Below are positions 43,748-51,612 of a stretch of DNA of 57,836 nucleotides, in pieces. Both the position numbers and the translations under genes were made by a program. Under the pieces are notes generated by a model. The model ran no database searches, was not told the DNA's origin, and saw only the letters and a list, made by a program, of their open reading frames with translations. The first letter of the stretch is position 1; the number at the start of each line of letters is the position of its first letter. Location: NCBI GenBank assembly GCA_051306415.1, contig JBPPNE010000074.1, forward strand, positions 1 to 57,836, read 5' to 3'. The stretch is from Porticoccaceae bacterium (GTDB lineage: Bacteria; Pseudomonadota; Gammaproteobacteria; Pseudomonadales; Porticoccaceae).

Positions 43748-44215
43748 CTAACTTTTGTCCGGGGCTGATTTGGGTGCGGCGGACGTGGGCGCGGGTGCGG
43801 CGGCCGGCGCGGCCGGGGAAGGTTTCGGTGTTGTTGACGGCGCCGCGTCCGGCGCCGCTTTGTTTTGTTGTGCGGGGCCTGCGGAAGCGGCGCCCGCGGT
43901 GGCAGGTGCGGCCGGGGCAGTTTTCGGCGCAGCGGGTGCGGGGGCTGCAGCCGGCGCCCCCGGTGTTGCGTGGCCTTCGTGATCGTCGTCTGCGGAAGCG
44001 GCGGCGGGTGCGGCGGACTCGTACCCGCGTTGGCGCACGGCCGACTTGATATCGGCGACGTCGAGTCGGGTTTCGTCGTAGCGCACAGTGGCGCTTCCCG
44101 CAGCGAAATTCACCGTGACGCTTTCGACACCCGGCACTTCGCCAATCCGCTTTTCCACTTCGTCTACGGTCAGTACCGACAGCAGGTCGCGCACTTCAAT
44201 AACGCTCGTTTTCAT
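43748..44215 (-). CDS. Cys-less HMA-like domain protein 6
   Basis: ATG at 44215 after GGAGG: MKTSVIEVRDLLSVLTVDEVEKRIGEVPGVESVTVNFAAGSATVRYDE.... The tail contains DDDHEGHATPG. Confidence 0.7.
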   Translation of the reverse strand: MKTSVIEVRDLLSVLTVDEVEKRIGEVPGVESVTVNFAAGSATVRYDETRLDVADIKSAVRQRGYESAAPAAASADDDHEGHATPGAPAAAPAPAAPKTAPAAPATAGAASAGPAQQNKAAPDAAPSTTPKPSPAAPAAAPAPTSAAPKSAPDKS

Positions 44216-44301
44216 CGTGCCTCCGTGCTCGTCCTCGACGTCAGTGTGGTAAGACGTGGCTTGGTTTACGTATCCGATTCCTTGCTTCACTGATTGGCGA
44301 C

Positions 44302-44556
44302 TTAGCCGCAGCAGCCGCCCTTGCCTTGCGGTTTTTTCGCGGCAGTGGTGGCATCCACGCCATAGCCCGCGCTCTTCACGGCGGTTTTGAGTTGATTGGG
44401 CGAGGTCAGCCGCTCGTCGTATTGCACCGTGGCTTCGCCGGCCGAGAGCGAGACTTTTACATCACTGATTCCGGGAATCGCCTTCAGTGCGTGCGCTACC
44501 TTGCTGGTGCAACCGCCGCAAGTCATACCGGTTACTTTTAAAATTTCAGTTTGCAT
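44302..44556 (-). CDS. copZ: canonical CopZ-type HMA metallochaperone with a C-terminal GGCCG tail
   Basis: ATG at 44556 after AAGGAA: MQTEILKVTGMTCGGCTSKVAHALKAIPGISDVKVSLSAGEATVQYDE...KPQGKGGCCG. The classic MTCxxC motif is present. Confidence 0.85.
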   Translation of the reverse strand: MQTEILKVTGMTCGGCTSKVAHALKAIPGISDVKVSLSAGEATVQYDERLTSPNQLKTAVKSAGYGVDATTAAKKPQGKGGCCG

Positions 44557-44742
44557 GATGATGTTCCTTTTCAAAGCGTTGAATAAAAACCACGAAGCAA
44601 TACGCGTCAGCCACGGTTCCGTGCGAGTGCCATGCCCACATGACGCACTTTCTCAGCAGAGCGTCCAAGCTTATACACGGAATGCGCAACTCGATCAGTC
44701 GGGTAACGCACATACGGCAAACATTCGCGGGCGCCCCCGGAC

Positions 44743-45027
44743 TCATAGAGCCATTCCATTGATGGCGCTTTTTCGCTGAAGAAAGCGTGGCGATGAGGGG
44801 CAGGAACACGATAAGAGTGACGCGGTGTAGACCGCAGTCAGTAGCCCCGTGTGCCGGGAAACTTGCGTCGCCTCCACTCCCGCACCCAAGAGCCGCTCGA
44901 TCAGACGGGGCGGGCGCGCAAGCACGACGCCATAGCCGACCGACACCGTGAACACGGCGATCATGAGCACGGCCATACTAAATGCAAGCCCACTGGCCGT
45001 ACGTTCGGTATTGACCCTCACAACCAA
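44743..45027 (-). pseudogene. N-terminal remnant of an MFS transporter
   Basis: LAFSMAVLMIAVFTVSVGYGVVLA...LIERLLGAGVEATQVSRHTGLLTAVYT resembles the first two TM helices of MFS efflux proteins (recalled). The frame then degenerates and stops. Confidence 0.35.
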
Positions 45028-46319
45028 CCTCCATCAAATCCCGCTCGCCGCAATCCGCCCGCGATATACCGGCATTTTCGCGTCAGTTCCCACAACAAAC
45101 CGGTCCGGTAATTTTCGATCATCAGGATGATTGGTCCCTGATTGAGGCCAAAATGCCACGGCGAGACCCACCAACCATAAGGATTGCCGGACTTTCCCGG
45201 ATGGGAGGGATTGAAGGAGGCTTTGAAGCCGTAGGAGTTGAACTCGGTCAACTTTTTCTGATGAATGCAATGGTGGAGCGCGAACAGAACGATTTCGGGT
45301 GCGAACGGCAGCGACGCCACCACGGCCCACGGTGCAAGGGTACCGTCGTCGGGTCCGTACGGCACGCCGCGCCCCACGTAATCGAAAAACTGCCGATCGA
45401 TGCCGTTTATTTTGATGGTGTCGGGGCCGGGGCCCTCGCTTGCGGTAATTCCCCAGCAACAGGAGGCATAGTCCTTGAACTTAAGTGGGTTGTCGATCGC
45501 ATACTGTTGTTGCACATAAGTTGCGCGGCGGCTGTTCTCGAAATAGTCAATGCCTTTATCACGCATGAAGGCGTCCTGAATACCACGAAAGTCGATCCAG
45601 ACATGCGAGAGCTGATGGATAAATAGCGGCCCGCCGTACAGATACTCCTGTCCGTAACAGTGCTCCCACTTGTAAGTGGAAGTCCACGCTGCGTAGCTCT
45701 CCTCGGGTAGCGGATAAGTCGGCGAGCCCAGCCCCAGCATATACAACAGCAGCGCCTCGTCGTAGCCTTCCCACCGGTAGTTGAGGAAGCCGCTTTCCGG
45801 CTTCCAGCCGTGCGTCACCGTTGCACCTTGGTTTTGCGCCCATTGCCAATCGGCGCGGCGATAGAGCGCGTCGCCAAGGGTGCGGATTTCAGTCTCGTCG
45901 GCTGTACTGGCGTCGAAATAAATCCCCGCCGTCAACGCGCCGGCCAGCAAAAAAGCGCTGTCCACTGTCGACAGCTCGCATTGCCAGACGCGACGGCCGG
46001 TCTGCATGTCGAGAAAATGATAGTAAAACCCCTTGTAGCCGGTTGCGTCGGGTTCGGGGCCTTGCGGGCTGTTCCAGAAAAAACGCAGCGTCGCAAGCGT
46101 TCGCTCCACCGCCGCGGCCCGCGACATGAATCCGCGTTCGACACCCACCGGGTAGCACGCTAACGCCAGGCCGGTAGCGGCAATGCTGGACGGCCAATCC
46201 GGCGCTGTCTTGTCGACCACCAGCCCGTTGGCGGGATTCGTCTCGTGCAAAAAATAACCGAATGTTTCGCGCTGCAGCTTTTCCAGTTCGGCATCGACGG
46301 TTAGTGTCCTCTGGCTCAT
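45018..46319 (-). CDS. second GH144/DUF3131-like protein (paralog of 441-1739)
   Basis: 433 aa, collinear with copy 1 over the full length. Roughly three quarters of positions are identical by eye. It has no signal peptide and no GH94 partner nearby. Confidence 0.65.
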   Translation of the reverse strand: MSQRTLTVDAELEKLQRETFGYFLHETNPANGLVVDKTAPDWPSSIAATGLALACYPVGVERGFMSRAAAVERTLATLRFFWNSPQGPEPDATGYKGFYYHFLDMQTGRRVWQCELSTVDSAFLLAGALTAGIYFDASTADETEIRTLGDALYRRADWQWAQNQGATVTHGWKPESGFLNYRWEGYDEALLLYMLGLGSPTYPLPEESYAAWTSTYKWEHCYGQEYLYGGPLFIHQLSHVWIDFRGIQDAFMRDKGIDYFENSRRATYVQQQYAIDNPLKFKDYASCCWGITASEGPGPDTIKINGIDRQFFDYVGRGVPYGPDDGTLAPWAVVASLPFAPEIVLFALHHCIHQKKLTEFNSYGFKASFNPSHPGKSGNPYGWWVSPWHFGLNQGPIILMIENYRTGLLWELTRKCRYIAGGLRRAGFDGGWL

Positions 46320-46395
46320 AGTGTCACCTGGCCTGCGACTCTCGGATAAAGTCGCCTCGTGATTCCAACGTTCTTCGGCTCAATCATGGCTTTGC

Positions 46396-46656
46396 TCACC
46401 CGTTGCCCGGCGAGTCCTCGGACGCGCACATATGCTTCGGCAGCATTTCGCCGGTGCAATGGTAGCCGCACTCGTGCACCCTGGCCTTGATGGTCTTCAG
46501 ATCGGTGACGGTTTCGTCGAAGACTACCGTCGCGCTGCCGGCGACGTAATTGACCCCGGCCCGGTGCACGCCCGGGAGCTTGGCGAGCTGCTTCTCCACA
46601 CCACGGGCGCTCAGCGTCGACAGCATGCCACTTACCTCGATCGTAACGGTCTTCAT
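46396..46656 (-). CDS. divergent Cys-less-site HMA-like protein 7 with a Cys/His-rich C-terminus
   Basis: ATG at 46656: MKTVTIEVSGMLSTLSARGVEKQLAKLPGVHRAGVNYVAGSATVVFDE...ARVHECGYHCTGEMLPKHMCASED. The start overlaps the TPM gene stop by 4 nt. Confidence 0.6.
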   Translation of the reverse strand: MKTVTIEVSGMLSTLSARGVEKQLAKLPGVHRAGVNYVAGSATVVFDETVTDLKTIKARVHECGYHCTGEMLPKHMCASEDSPGNG

Positions 46657-47111
46657 GTCGGTCTGTCCTGAAATGCGTGAAGCGTGATCTCTTGGCGCTG
46701 TTTCCCGAAGCCGTACAGGGTTCTGCTCGACGGCCTGATAATGCGCCCCGGCGCCTTGCGGCCAGCTGTGGCGGTCGGAAAGGCGTCCCATTCCTGCGCT
46801 CCCACTTTGGCGTCGATGCCGCGGTCGGCGACGATTTCCACGTCCCGGTCGGCAAGCAATGGATAGATCAGCACGCCGTTGTTGTGTTCGGTATCCAACA
46901 CCCGTAGTTGCGAAAACACCCCGATCGCGCGTTCTCTCGCGGACTGGCCCTTGAACAGCGGCGGGCCGTCCAGCGCACCCTCCACCGCGAAACGGATTTC
47001 GCCAACGTGCGCGTTCTCGCTTGCCTTGATCGCTTGCTCGATCGCGATCAAGGTTTCGCCGGGAAATGCCTGCTCGACCTGCCAGAGGGTCATGCGCATT
47101 CGAGTTTTCAT
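46653..47111 (-). CDS. TPM (TLP18.3/Psb32/MOLO-1)-type phosphatase domain protein
   Basis: ATG at 47111 after AGGTGG. GEIRFAVEGALD...RERAIGVFSQLRVLDTEHNNGVLIYPLLADRDVEIVADRGI is the typical TPM pattern. The last ~45 aa do not look like the family as I recall it. Confidence 0.55.
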   Translation of the reverse strand: MKTRMRMTLWQVEQAFPGETLIAIEQAIKASENAHVGEIRFAVEGALDGPPLFKGQSARERAIGVFSQLRVLDTEHNNGVLIYPLLADRDVEIVADRGIDAKVGAQEWDAFPTATAGRKAPGRIIRPSSRTLYGFGKQRQEITLHAFQDRPT

Positions 47112-47254
47112 TAGCGCCACCTGTGACGACCCGAGTAGGGCCGTTTTCGAGATACGAAACATCCCATGCCAGGCCGATCCCTTATCCGGGCGGATTAGAG
47201 CATCGTCGCGGCTAATCCCTGAACCAGGCCGGGGAAGAACGCCAATGGTTGAAA

Positions 47255-47473
47255 TCAGCCGCCTTCCAGGGTGCAGTCGATGTCCGCCTCGGCTTGCAGC
47301 CAATCCTCCAGATCGTAGCCAGGTCCAAAACCGCGCGCCTGCGCCCGATAGTAAGCCGCATCGGCGATCATCTGCTGTCGATCTTGCATGGACACGCCGA
47401 CGGGTTCCGGCACCTCGCGCTGCGCACCATCCGCCCCGGAGTCGTTTGAAACCATTTTTTTGCCCTCGTTCAT
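47255..47473 (-). CDS. DUF2934 small protein
   Basis: ATG at 47473 after GGAGGA. IADAAYYRAQARGFGPGYDLEDWLQAEADI is DUF2934-like. A paralog lies at 54565-54792. Confidence 0.65.
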   Translation of the reverse strand: MNEGKKMVSNDSGADGAQREVPEPVGVSMQDRQQMIADAAYYRAQARGFGPGYDLEDWLQAEADIDCTLEGG

Positions 47474-47562
47474 AGTCACCGTCCTCCGTTTGAAAACTCC
47501 GCCGACACTGCTGCCGGCACCATTTGTCACCGATCAACGCTTTCATTCATCCAGTTGCTCTT

Positions 47563-48865
47563 GGGCACTTCTATAAATCACGTTTGAACACTGCCGTTTC
47601 TTGGCCAAACTTCATTTTTTGAAATTCCTGGATTGAGCGAGGTTTTTGGCTGCACTCTGCTGCTTTTCTTGCCCAATGGGGCTGTTTTGGGTGAGCATCC
47701 ACCCGCTTTCATGCGGTTGTCCGCGCGATAGGCGCACCGATCCTGTAAAAGTCAAACACCTTCAGACGAATCAGCGTCTCAATGCGCTTGAGGTTGTACG
47801 TCAGATTCATCAATCCCACCCCTGCCTTGGCGCGCGCCACACCGATGCTGCGCAGAAAAATGCCGCCCATGTCGTTTTCCATCGCACCAAAGACATGCTC
47901 GACCCGCGCACGTACCCGTGATTTCTCCGTGTTGCCGAGCTTCTGTTCTTCAGTCAACGGCTTGTTGCGGTAAGCCCGCTCGTGTATCCGGCTCCCGTGT
48001 TGACTGCCTTTGAGGCAGTGCTCTTGCGCGTCCGAGCGGTAGGCGCTGTCAGCCCACACTTCTTTGCCGCCCTCACTGGTCCGGCGCAGTAGGGTGTCGA
48101 GTGCCTGGCTGTCATGCACGCTGGCATCCGTGCAGAGCGCGGCGGTAATGAGTTTGGTGTCACGGTCAATGTTGATGTGGTTCTTGTAGCCGTAGTGATT
48201 CTGTCCGCCTTTCTTCGTCCAGCGGGCATCAATGTCTTTGTGTGCCAGCCTGGCCGGGGTCTTGCCCCACTCGACGGGAACCGCATCGGACTTGATGAGC
48301 GCATTGTGCTCGCGTCCGTTGCGCTGGATGGGCACGGGAACAAAGGTGGCGTCGATGATCTGTCCGCTCTTGAGTTCAACACCCAGATCGGCCAGCGCCT
48401 GGTTCAAACGCGCAAACAGCGGGTCAATCAGTTGATGTTCCTTGAGGGCTTCGCGGAATGCCCACACGGTGCGGGCGTCAGGCACGCTGCCGGAAAGTTC
48501 GAGTCCAAGAAAGCGCATGAATGAAAGCCGGTCGCTGACCTGGTACTGGAGACGTTCATCCGACAGGTTGTGCAGACGCTGGAGTATCAGCAGCTTGAAC
48601 ATGAGCACGCGGCAGAGCGTCTTGCGTCCGGCGGCGCTCTTGCGCTCTTTGCTGTCGATGCGTTCGAGGATGGGTCGGAATATCTCCCAATCGATGGCGG
48701 CGTCAAGGCGTTCCAACGGATCGCCCGCTTCGGAAAGACTGGCGTAACGATTGGCAAGATCAAAGAAGCTGCTTTGCATGGGAGAATCAGGTTGCTCCGG
48801 GTTGGACTACGATTCCGACATTATCCGGCTTCGCACGCTTGGGATGGGGATTTATAGAAGTGCCC
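47563..48865 (-). mobile_element. intact IS5-family insertion sequence (1303 bp) with 17-bp perfect terminal inverted repeats and a 4-bp target-site duplication
   Basis: The inverted repeat GGGCACTTCTATAAATC lies at 47563-47579 and its reverse complement at 48849-48865. Direct repeats TCTT flank it at 47559-47562 and 48866-48869. Confidence 0.9.
47709..48779 (-). CDS. IS5-family DDE transposase
   Basis: 356 aa. DATFVPVP...YGYKNHINIDRDTKLI...DSAYRS...RVRARVEHVFGAMEN are typical IS5/DDE_Tnp_1 motifs. Confidence 0.9.
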   Translation of the reverse strand: MQSSFFDLANRYASLSEAGDPLERLDAAIDWEIFRPILERIDSKERKSAAGRKTLCRVLMFKLLILQRLHNLSDERLQYQVSDRLSFMRFLGLELSGSVPDARTVWAFREALKEHQLIDPLFARLNQALADLGVELKSGQIIDATFVPVPIQRNGREHNALIKSDAVPVEWGKTPARLAHKDIDARWTKKGGQNHYGYKNHINIDRDTKLITAALCTDASVHDSQALDTLLRRTSEGGKEVWADSAYRSDAQEHCLKGSQHGSRIHERAYRNKPLTEEQKLGNTEKSRVRARVEHVFGAMENDMGGIFLRSIGVARAKAGVGLMNLTYNLKRIETLIRLKVFDFYRIGAPIARTTA

Positions 48866-50211
48866 TCTTGTTGCACGGTCGGGTGATAGACATCCCGCCG
48901 GGTGAGGGGAATTGGATAACGACCCATGGCGCGTCTGGAAGCAAGAATCTGGTAGACGCCGATGCCACCTTCCTCGAAAGACAGGGCACTGGCCGCCATA
49001 TACAAACGCCAGACCCGGTAAGTCGCCTCGGAAACGTGTTGCAATGCCTCGTCCCGACGCGCTTCCAGACGCTGCACCCAATGCCGCAGGGTCAGGGCGT
49101 AATGCGGCCGCAACGCCTCCACATCCAGAATCTCGAAGTTGCCCCGCTCCATGGCGCGCTGCACATTGCTCACCAGGTCCAATTCGCCATCGGGAAAGAC
49201 ATAGCGGTTGATGAATGCCGTCGAAGGGCTCTTTCTGTCCCAACCTTCGGTCTCCAGGGTGATGCCGTGGTTCAGGAACAGCCCGCCCGGTTTCAGCAGG
49301 CGCCGGACCGTGCCGAAATACGTGGGCAGATTGCTCACACCGACGTGTTCGAACATGCCGACGCTGGCGATCTTGTCGAACACGGCATCACCCCGCAGGT
49401 CGCGGTAATCGACGAGTTCCACACGGACCCGGTCCTGCAATCCTTCGGCGGCGATCTGTTGCTGGCAGTGTTCGTACTGGCCGCGGCTAAGGGTGATGCC
49501 GTGGGCCGATACGCCGTAATGCGTGGCCGCCCAGCGGATCAAAGCGCCCCAGCCGCAGCCGATGTCCAGCAGCCGTTCGCCGGGTTTGAGCCGTAGTTTT
49601 CGGCAAATATGATCGAGCTTGTTACGCTGGGCCTGGTCCAGGCTGTCACCCGCAGCCTCGAAATAAGCACATGAATAAACCATCTGCTCATCCAGCCACA
49701 GCCGATAAAAGTCATTGGATACGTCATAGTGAAAAGCAATGGCTTGCCGGTTCACAGCGCGCGAGTGGCGTAGCGAAAGCCGTGCGCGTATCGGCCTTGA
49801 TCCCGCCGGTTCTCGGAAGTCCGGATTACTGCGGGACACACCACTCATGAGCGCGGCCCTGGCGAGAAACGCGGCCCGTTCGGCGACCGTCAAACGTACC
49901 GCCTGCAAGTGATCCTTCAGAGCCAGCGCCGAGTAAAGATCGCCGTCCAAATCAACGTTGCCGCGTATATAGGCTTCGGCCAGGCGCAGCGGATCGCGAA
50001 ACAGAACCAGGTCACGAAAAACCTGCGGGTGCCGAAAGGTTAACGTGAATCCCGGCGCATTGGCGCCTAGTTCCAGCGTATTGCCATCCCACAGGTGCAC
50101 CGCCACGCTGCCTGGATAATCCCGGAACACACGCCGCAGCAGATGCGCGGGCCAGCGCTGCCGCGCACGGGGCGCGGCCGTCAGTACCTTGCTCTTGGTA
50201 CTCATATCCAT
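48787..50211 (-). CDS. cfa: cyclopropane-fatty-acyl-phospholipid synthase family SAM methyltransferase, native C-terminus replaced by IS-encoded residues
   Basis: ATG at 50211 after GAGGAGGGGG. LLDIGCGWGAL (SAM motif I), HYDVSNDFYRLWLD and SVGMFEHVG are present. The last 23 codons read through the IS5 end. Confidence 0.8.
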   Translation of the reverse strand: MDMSTKSKVLTAAPRARQRWPAHLLRRVFRDYPGSVAVHLWDGNTLELGANAPGFTLTFRHPQVFRDLVLFRDPLRLAEAYIRGNVDLDGDLYSALALKDHLQAVRLTVAERAAFLARAALMSGVSRSNPDFREPAGSRPIRARLSLRHSRAVNRQAIAFHYDVSNDFYRLWLDEQMVYSCAYFEAAGDSLDQAQRNKLDHICRKLRLKPGERLLDIGCGWGALIRWAATHYGVSAHGITLSRGQYEHCQQQIAAEGLQDRVRVELVDYRDLRGDAVFDKIASVGMFEHVGVSNLPTYFGTVRRLLKPGGLFLNHGITLETEGWDRKSPSTAFINRYVFPDGELDLVSNVQRAMERGNFEILDVEALRPHYALTLRHWVQRLEARRDEALQHVSEATYRVWRLYMAASALSFEEGGIGVYQILASRRAMGRYPIPLTRRDVYHPTVQQEGTSINPHPKRAKPDNVGIVVQPGAT

Positions 50212-50248
50212 CGCTACCCCCTCCTCGCTCTGTCTTTTGTCCACACCG

Positions 50249-50476
50249 TCACCGGACCGGCGCGGCGTCGCGTTCGAGCTTGGTCTTGCGCTCCTCATAT
50301 TCGGCGGACGTGATCTGACCCGCGGCATAACGACGCTGCAGCAGTTCGAGCGGCGTGTCGCGCCGCCGGCCGCGCGGCACCGGCGTGAACAGCGAAAACA
50401 GGGCCACGATCATCGTGATCCAGAACAGCCACCAAAAAAGGTGCATCCCCCAAAAAGCCCAGCTGTCGTGCAGCAT
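50249..50476 (-). CDS. SHOCT-domain small membrane protein
   Basis: 75 aa: a TM helix (HLFWWLFWITMIVALFSLF) followed by LELLQRRYAAGQITSAEYEERKTKL (SHOCT pattern). Confidence 0.65.
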   Translation of the reverse strand: MLHDSWAFWGMHLFWWLFWITMIVALFSLFTPVPRGRRRDTPLELLQRRYAAGQITSAEYEERKTKLERDAAPVR

Positions 50477-50562
50477 GTCTCATCTCCGTATTGGCCAGAA
50501 AATTCCGAGAATGGGGGCGGACCTCGAACTTGCGGGGTATCTTGTTCATGGGCGACCCTGGA

Positions 50563-51225
50563 TTAGCTAAGTCGCCCGATCCCTTTAGCCGCCCGCCACC
50601 GGGGGAAAAAAGCCGGTGTCCGGGCAGCATAACGCCGGTATTCATCACCGAATCTTGCCTCCATCCAGGTCTCCTCGGTCCTCGCCAGGCGAAAGTACAT
50701 GAACAGCAGGATCGGAAACATGATCAGCGTCACCAGCGTTGGCCACTGCAGCAGAAAACCGAACATGATCAGCACGAAGCCGTCGTATTGCGGGTGGCGT
50801 ACATAACGATAGGCACCCGTGGTGGCCAGCCGATCGGTGCGCTGGGCTTCGAACAGCACTTTCCATGCTGATGCCAAAACCCAGAACCCGCCGACCAGAA
50901 AGGCGCTGCTCAGGAGGTGAAAGGGGCCGAAATGCGGATTGCCGCTCCAACCGAACAGGGTCTCCAGCAAGTGACCGGCGTCGTGTGACAGCCAGTCGAT
51001 GCCGGGGAACTGGGTGGTCAACCATCCGGACAGCAGGTAAATGGTCAGCGGAAAGCCGTACATTTCCGTGAACAATGCGACCAGGAATCCGGAAAACGCC
51101 CCGAAAGACCGCCAGTCCCGCTGGCTCTGCGGCTTGGCAAAACTGAAGGCGAAGATGATGAAGATGAACGAGTTGATGATTACCAGTGACCACAACCCAT
51201 AGGCGGGCGGGGATGTGGAGTCCAT
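50563..51225 (-). CDS. ICMT/PEMT-type membrane methyltransferase
   Basis: ATG at 51225 after AAGGAG. LATTGAYRYVRHPQYDGFVLIMFGFLLQWP...EETWMEARFGDEYRRY is the isoprenylcysteine carboxyl methyltransferase family pattern. The ORF-track start at 51456 is rejected. Confidence 0.7.
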   Translation of the reverse strand: MDSTSPPAYGLWSLVIINSFIFIIFAFSFAKPQSQRDWRSFGAFSGFLVALFTEMYGFPLTIYLLSGWLTTQFPGIDWLSHDAGHLLETLFGWSGNPHFGPFHLLSSAFLVGGFWVLASAWKVLFEAQRTDRLATTGAYRYVRHPQYDGFVLIMFGFLLQWPTLVTLIMFPILLFMYFRLARTEETWMEARFGDEYRRYAARTPAFFPRWRAAKGIGRLS

Positions 51226-51509
51226 TACGATTCTCCTTGGGTCGTATGACTTTGCTGGTCGGTTGGTTTGTCTTTCCGCTGGTCGCCGGTGGCGTCTTGT
51301 TGGCCGCCGCCGTGCCCACCGTGGCCGCCGTGGTGGAATAAATGCATCAGCGGACAGGCGAGAAAAATGAGAAAGGGCAAGTAGCTGAACAGGTGCGCCC
51401 GGTGCTCGGTGATCAAAAAATAACCGGCGATTGCCAGGAAGCCGATGAACACCCATTTGCTTCTGCGATTGTGCCGGCGGTTGTCATTCGCATCGTGGTC
51501 ATGGGCCAT
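51225..51509 (-). CDS. DUF2933 family small membrane protein with a His/Gly-rich tail
   Basis: 94 aa: WVFIGFLAIAGYFLITEHRAHLFSYLPFLIFLACPLMHLFHHGGHGGHGG. The stop shares one nt with the next start (TAATG). Confidence 0.6.
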   Translation of the reverse strand: MAHDHDANDNRRHNRRSKWVFIGFLAIAGYFLITEHRAHLFSYLPFLIFLACPLMHLFHHGGHGGHGGGQQDATGDQRKDKPTDQQSHTTQGES

Positions 51510-51612
51510 GATGTGCTCCTTCAGAAAACAGATAGAGGACAGCCGATGCTGGCGGCGATGCCCGGGATGAGGATATCCGGACCCACAGGTCTATTTTTCC
51601 TGTCCAACCACT

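Noticed and set aside
37569-44215. The ~440-bp periodicity of near-identical segments considered as a possible CRISPR-like or satellite array
   Set aside because: The repeated units are protein-coding (HMA-like domains with RBS and ATG) and far larger than CRISPR repeats. No short direct repeats with unique spacers were found.
44557-44742. Search for a CueR/MerR-type or sigma70 promoter upstream of copZ and the HMA-like array
   Set aside because: Only weak hexamer matches were found (for example CTGACG-N17-TTTATT). There is no dyad and no 19-20 bp-spacer promoter, so it is not reported as a feature.
46653-46800. Suspected frameshift in the 3' end of the TPM gene, because the last ~45 aa look atypical
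   Set aside because: I translated the other two frames by hand and neither restores a convincing TPM C-terminus. I cannot distinguish divergence from a frameshift without an alignment.
46316-46855. 179-aa ORF overlapping the TPM and HMA-like genes, and the 297-aa ORF 46653-47546
   Set aside because: The alternative-frame translation is Arg-rich nonsense. The 5' two thirds of the long ORF overlap the DUF2934 gene in another frame. TPM homology starts only near the ATG at 47111.
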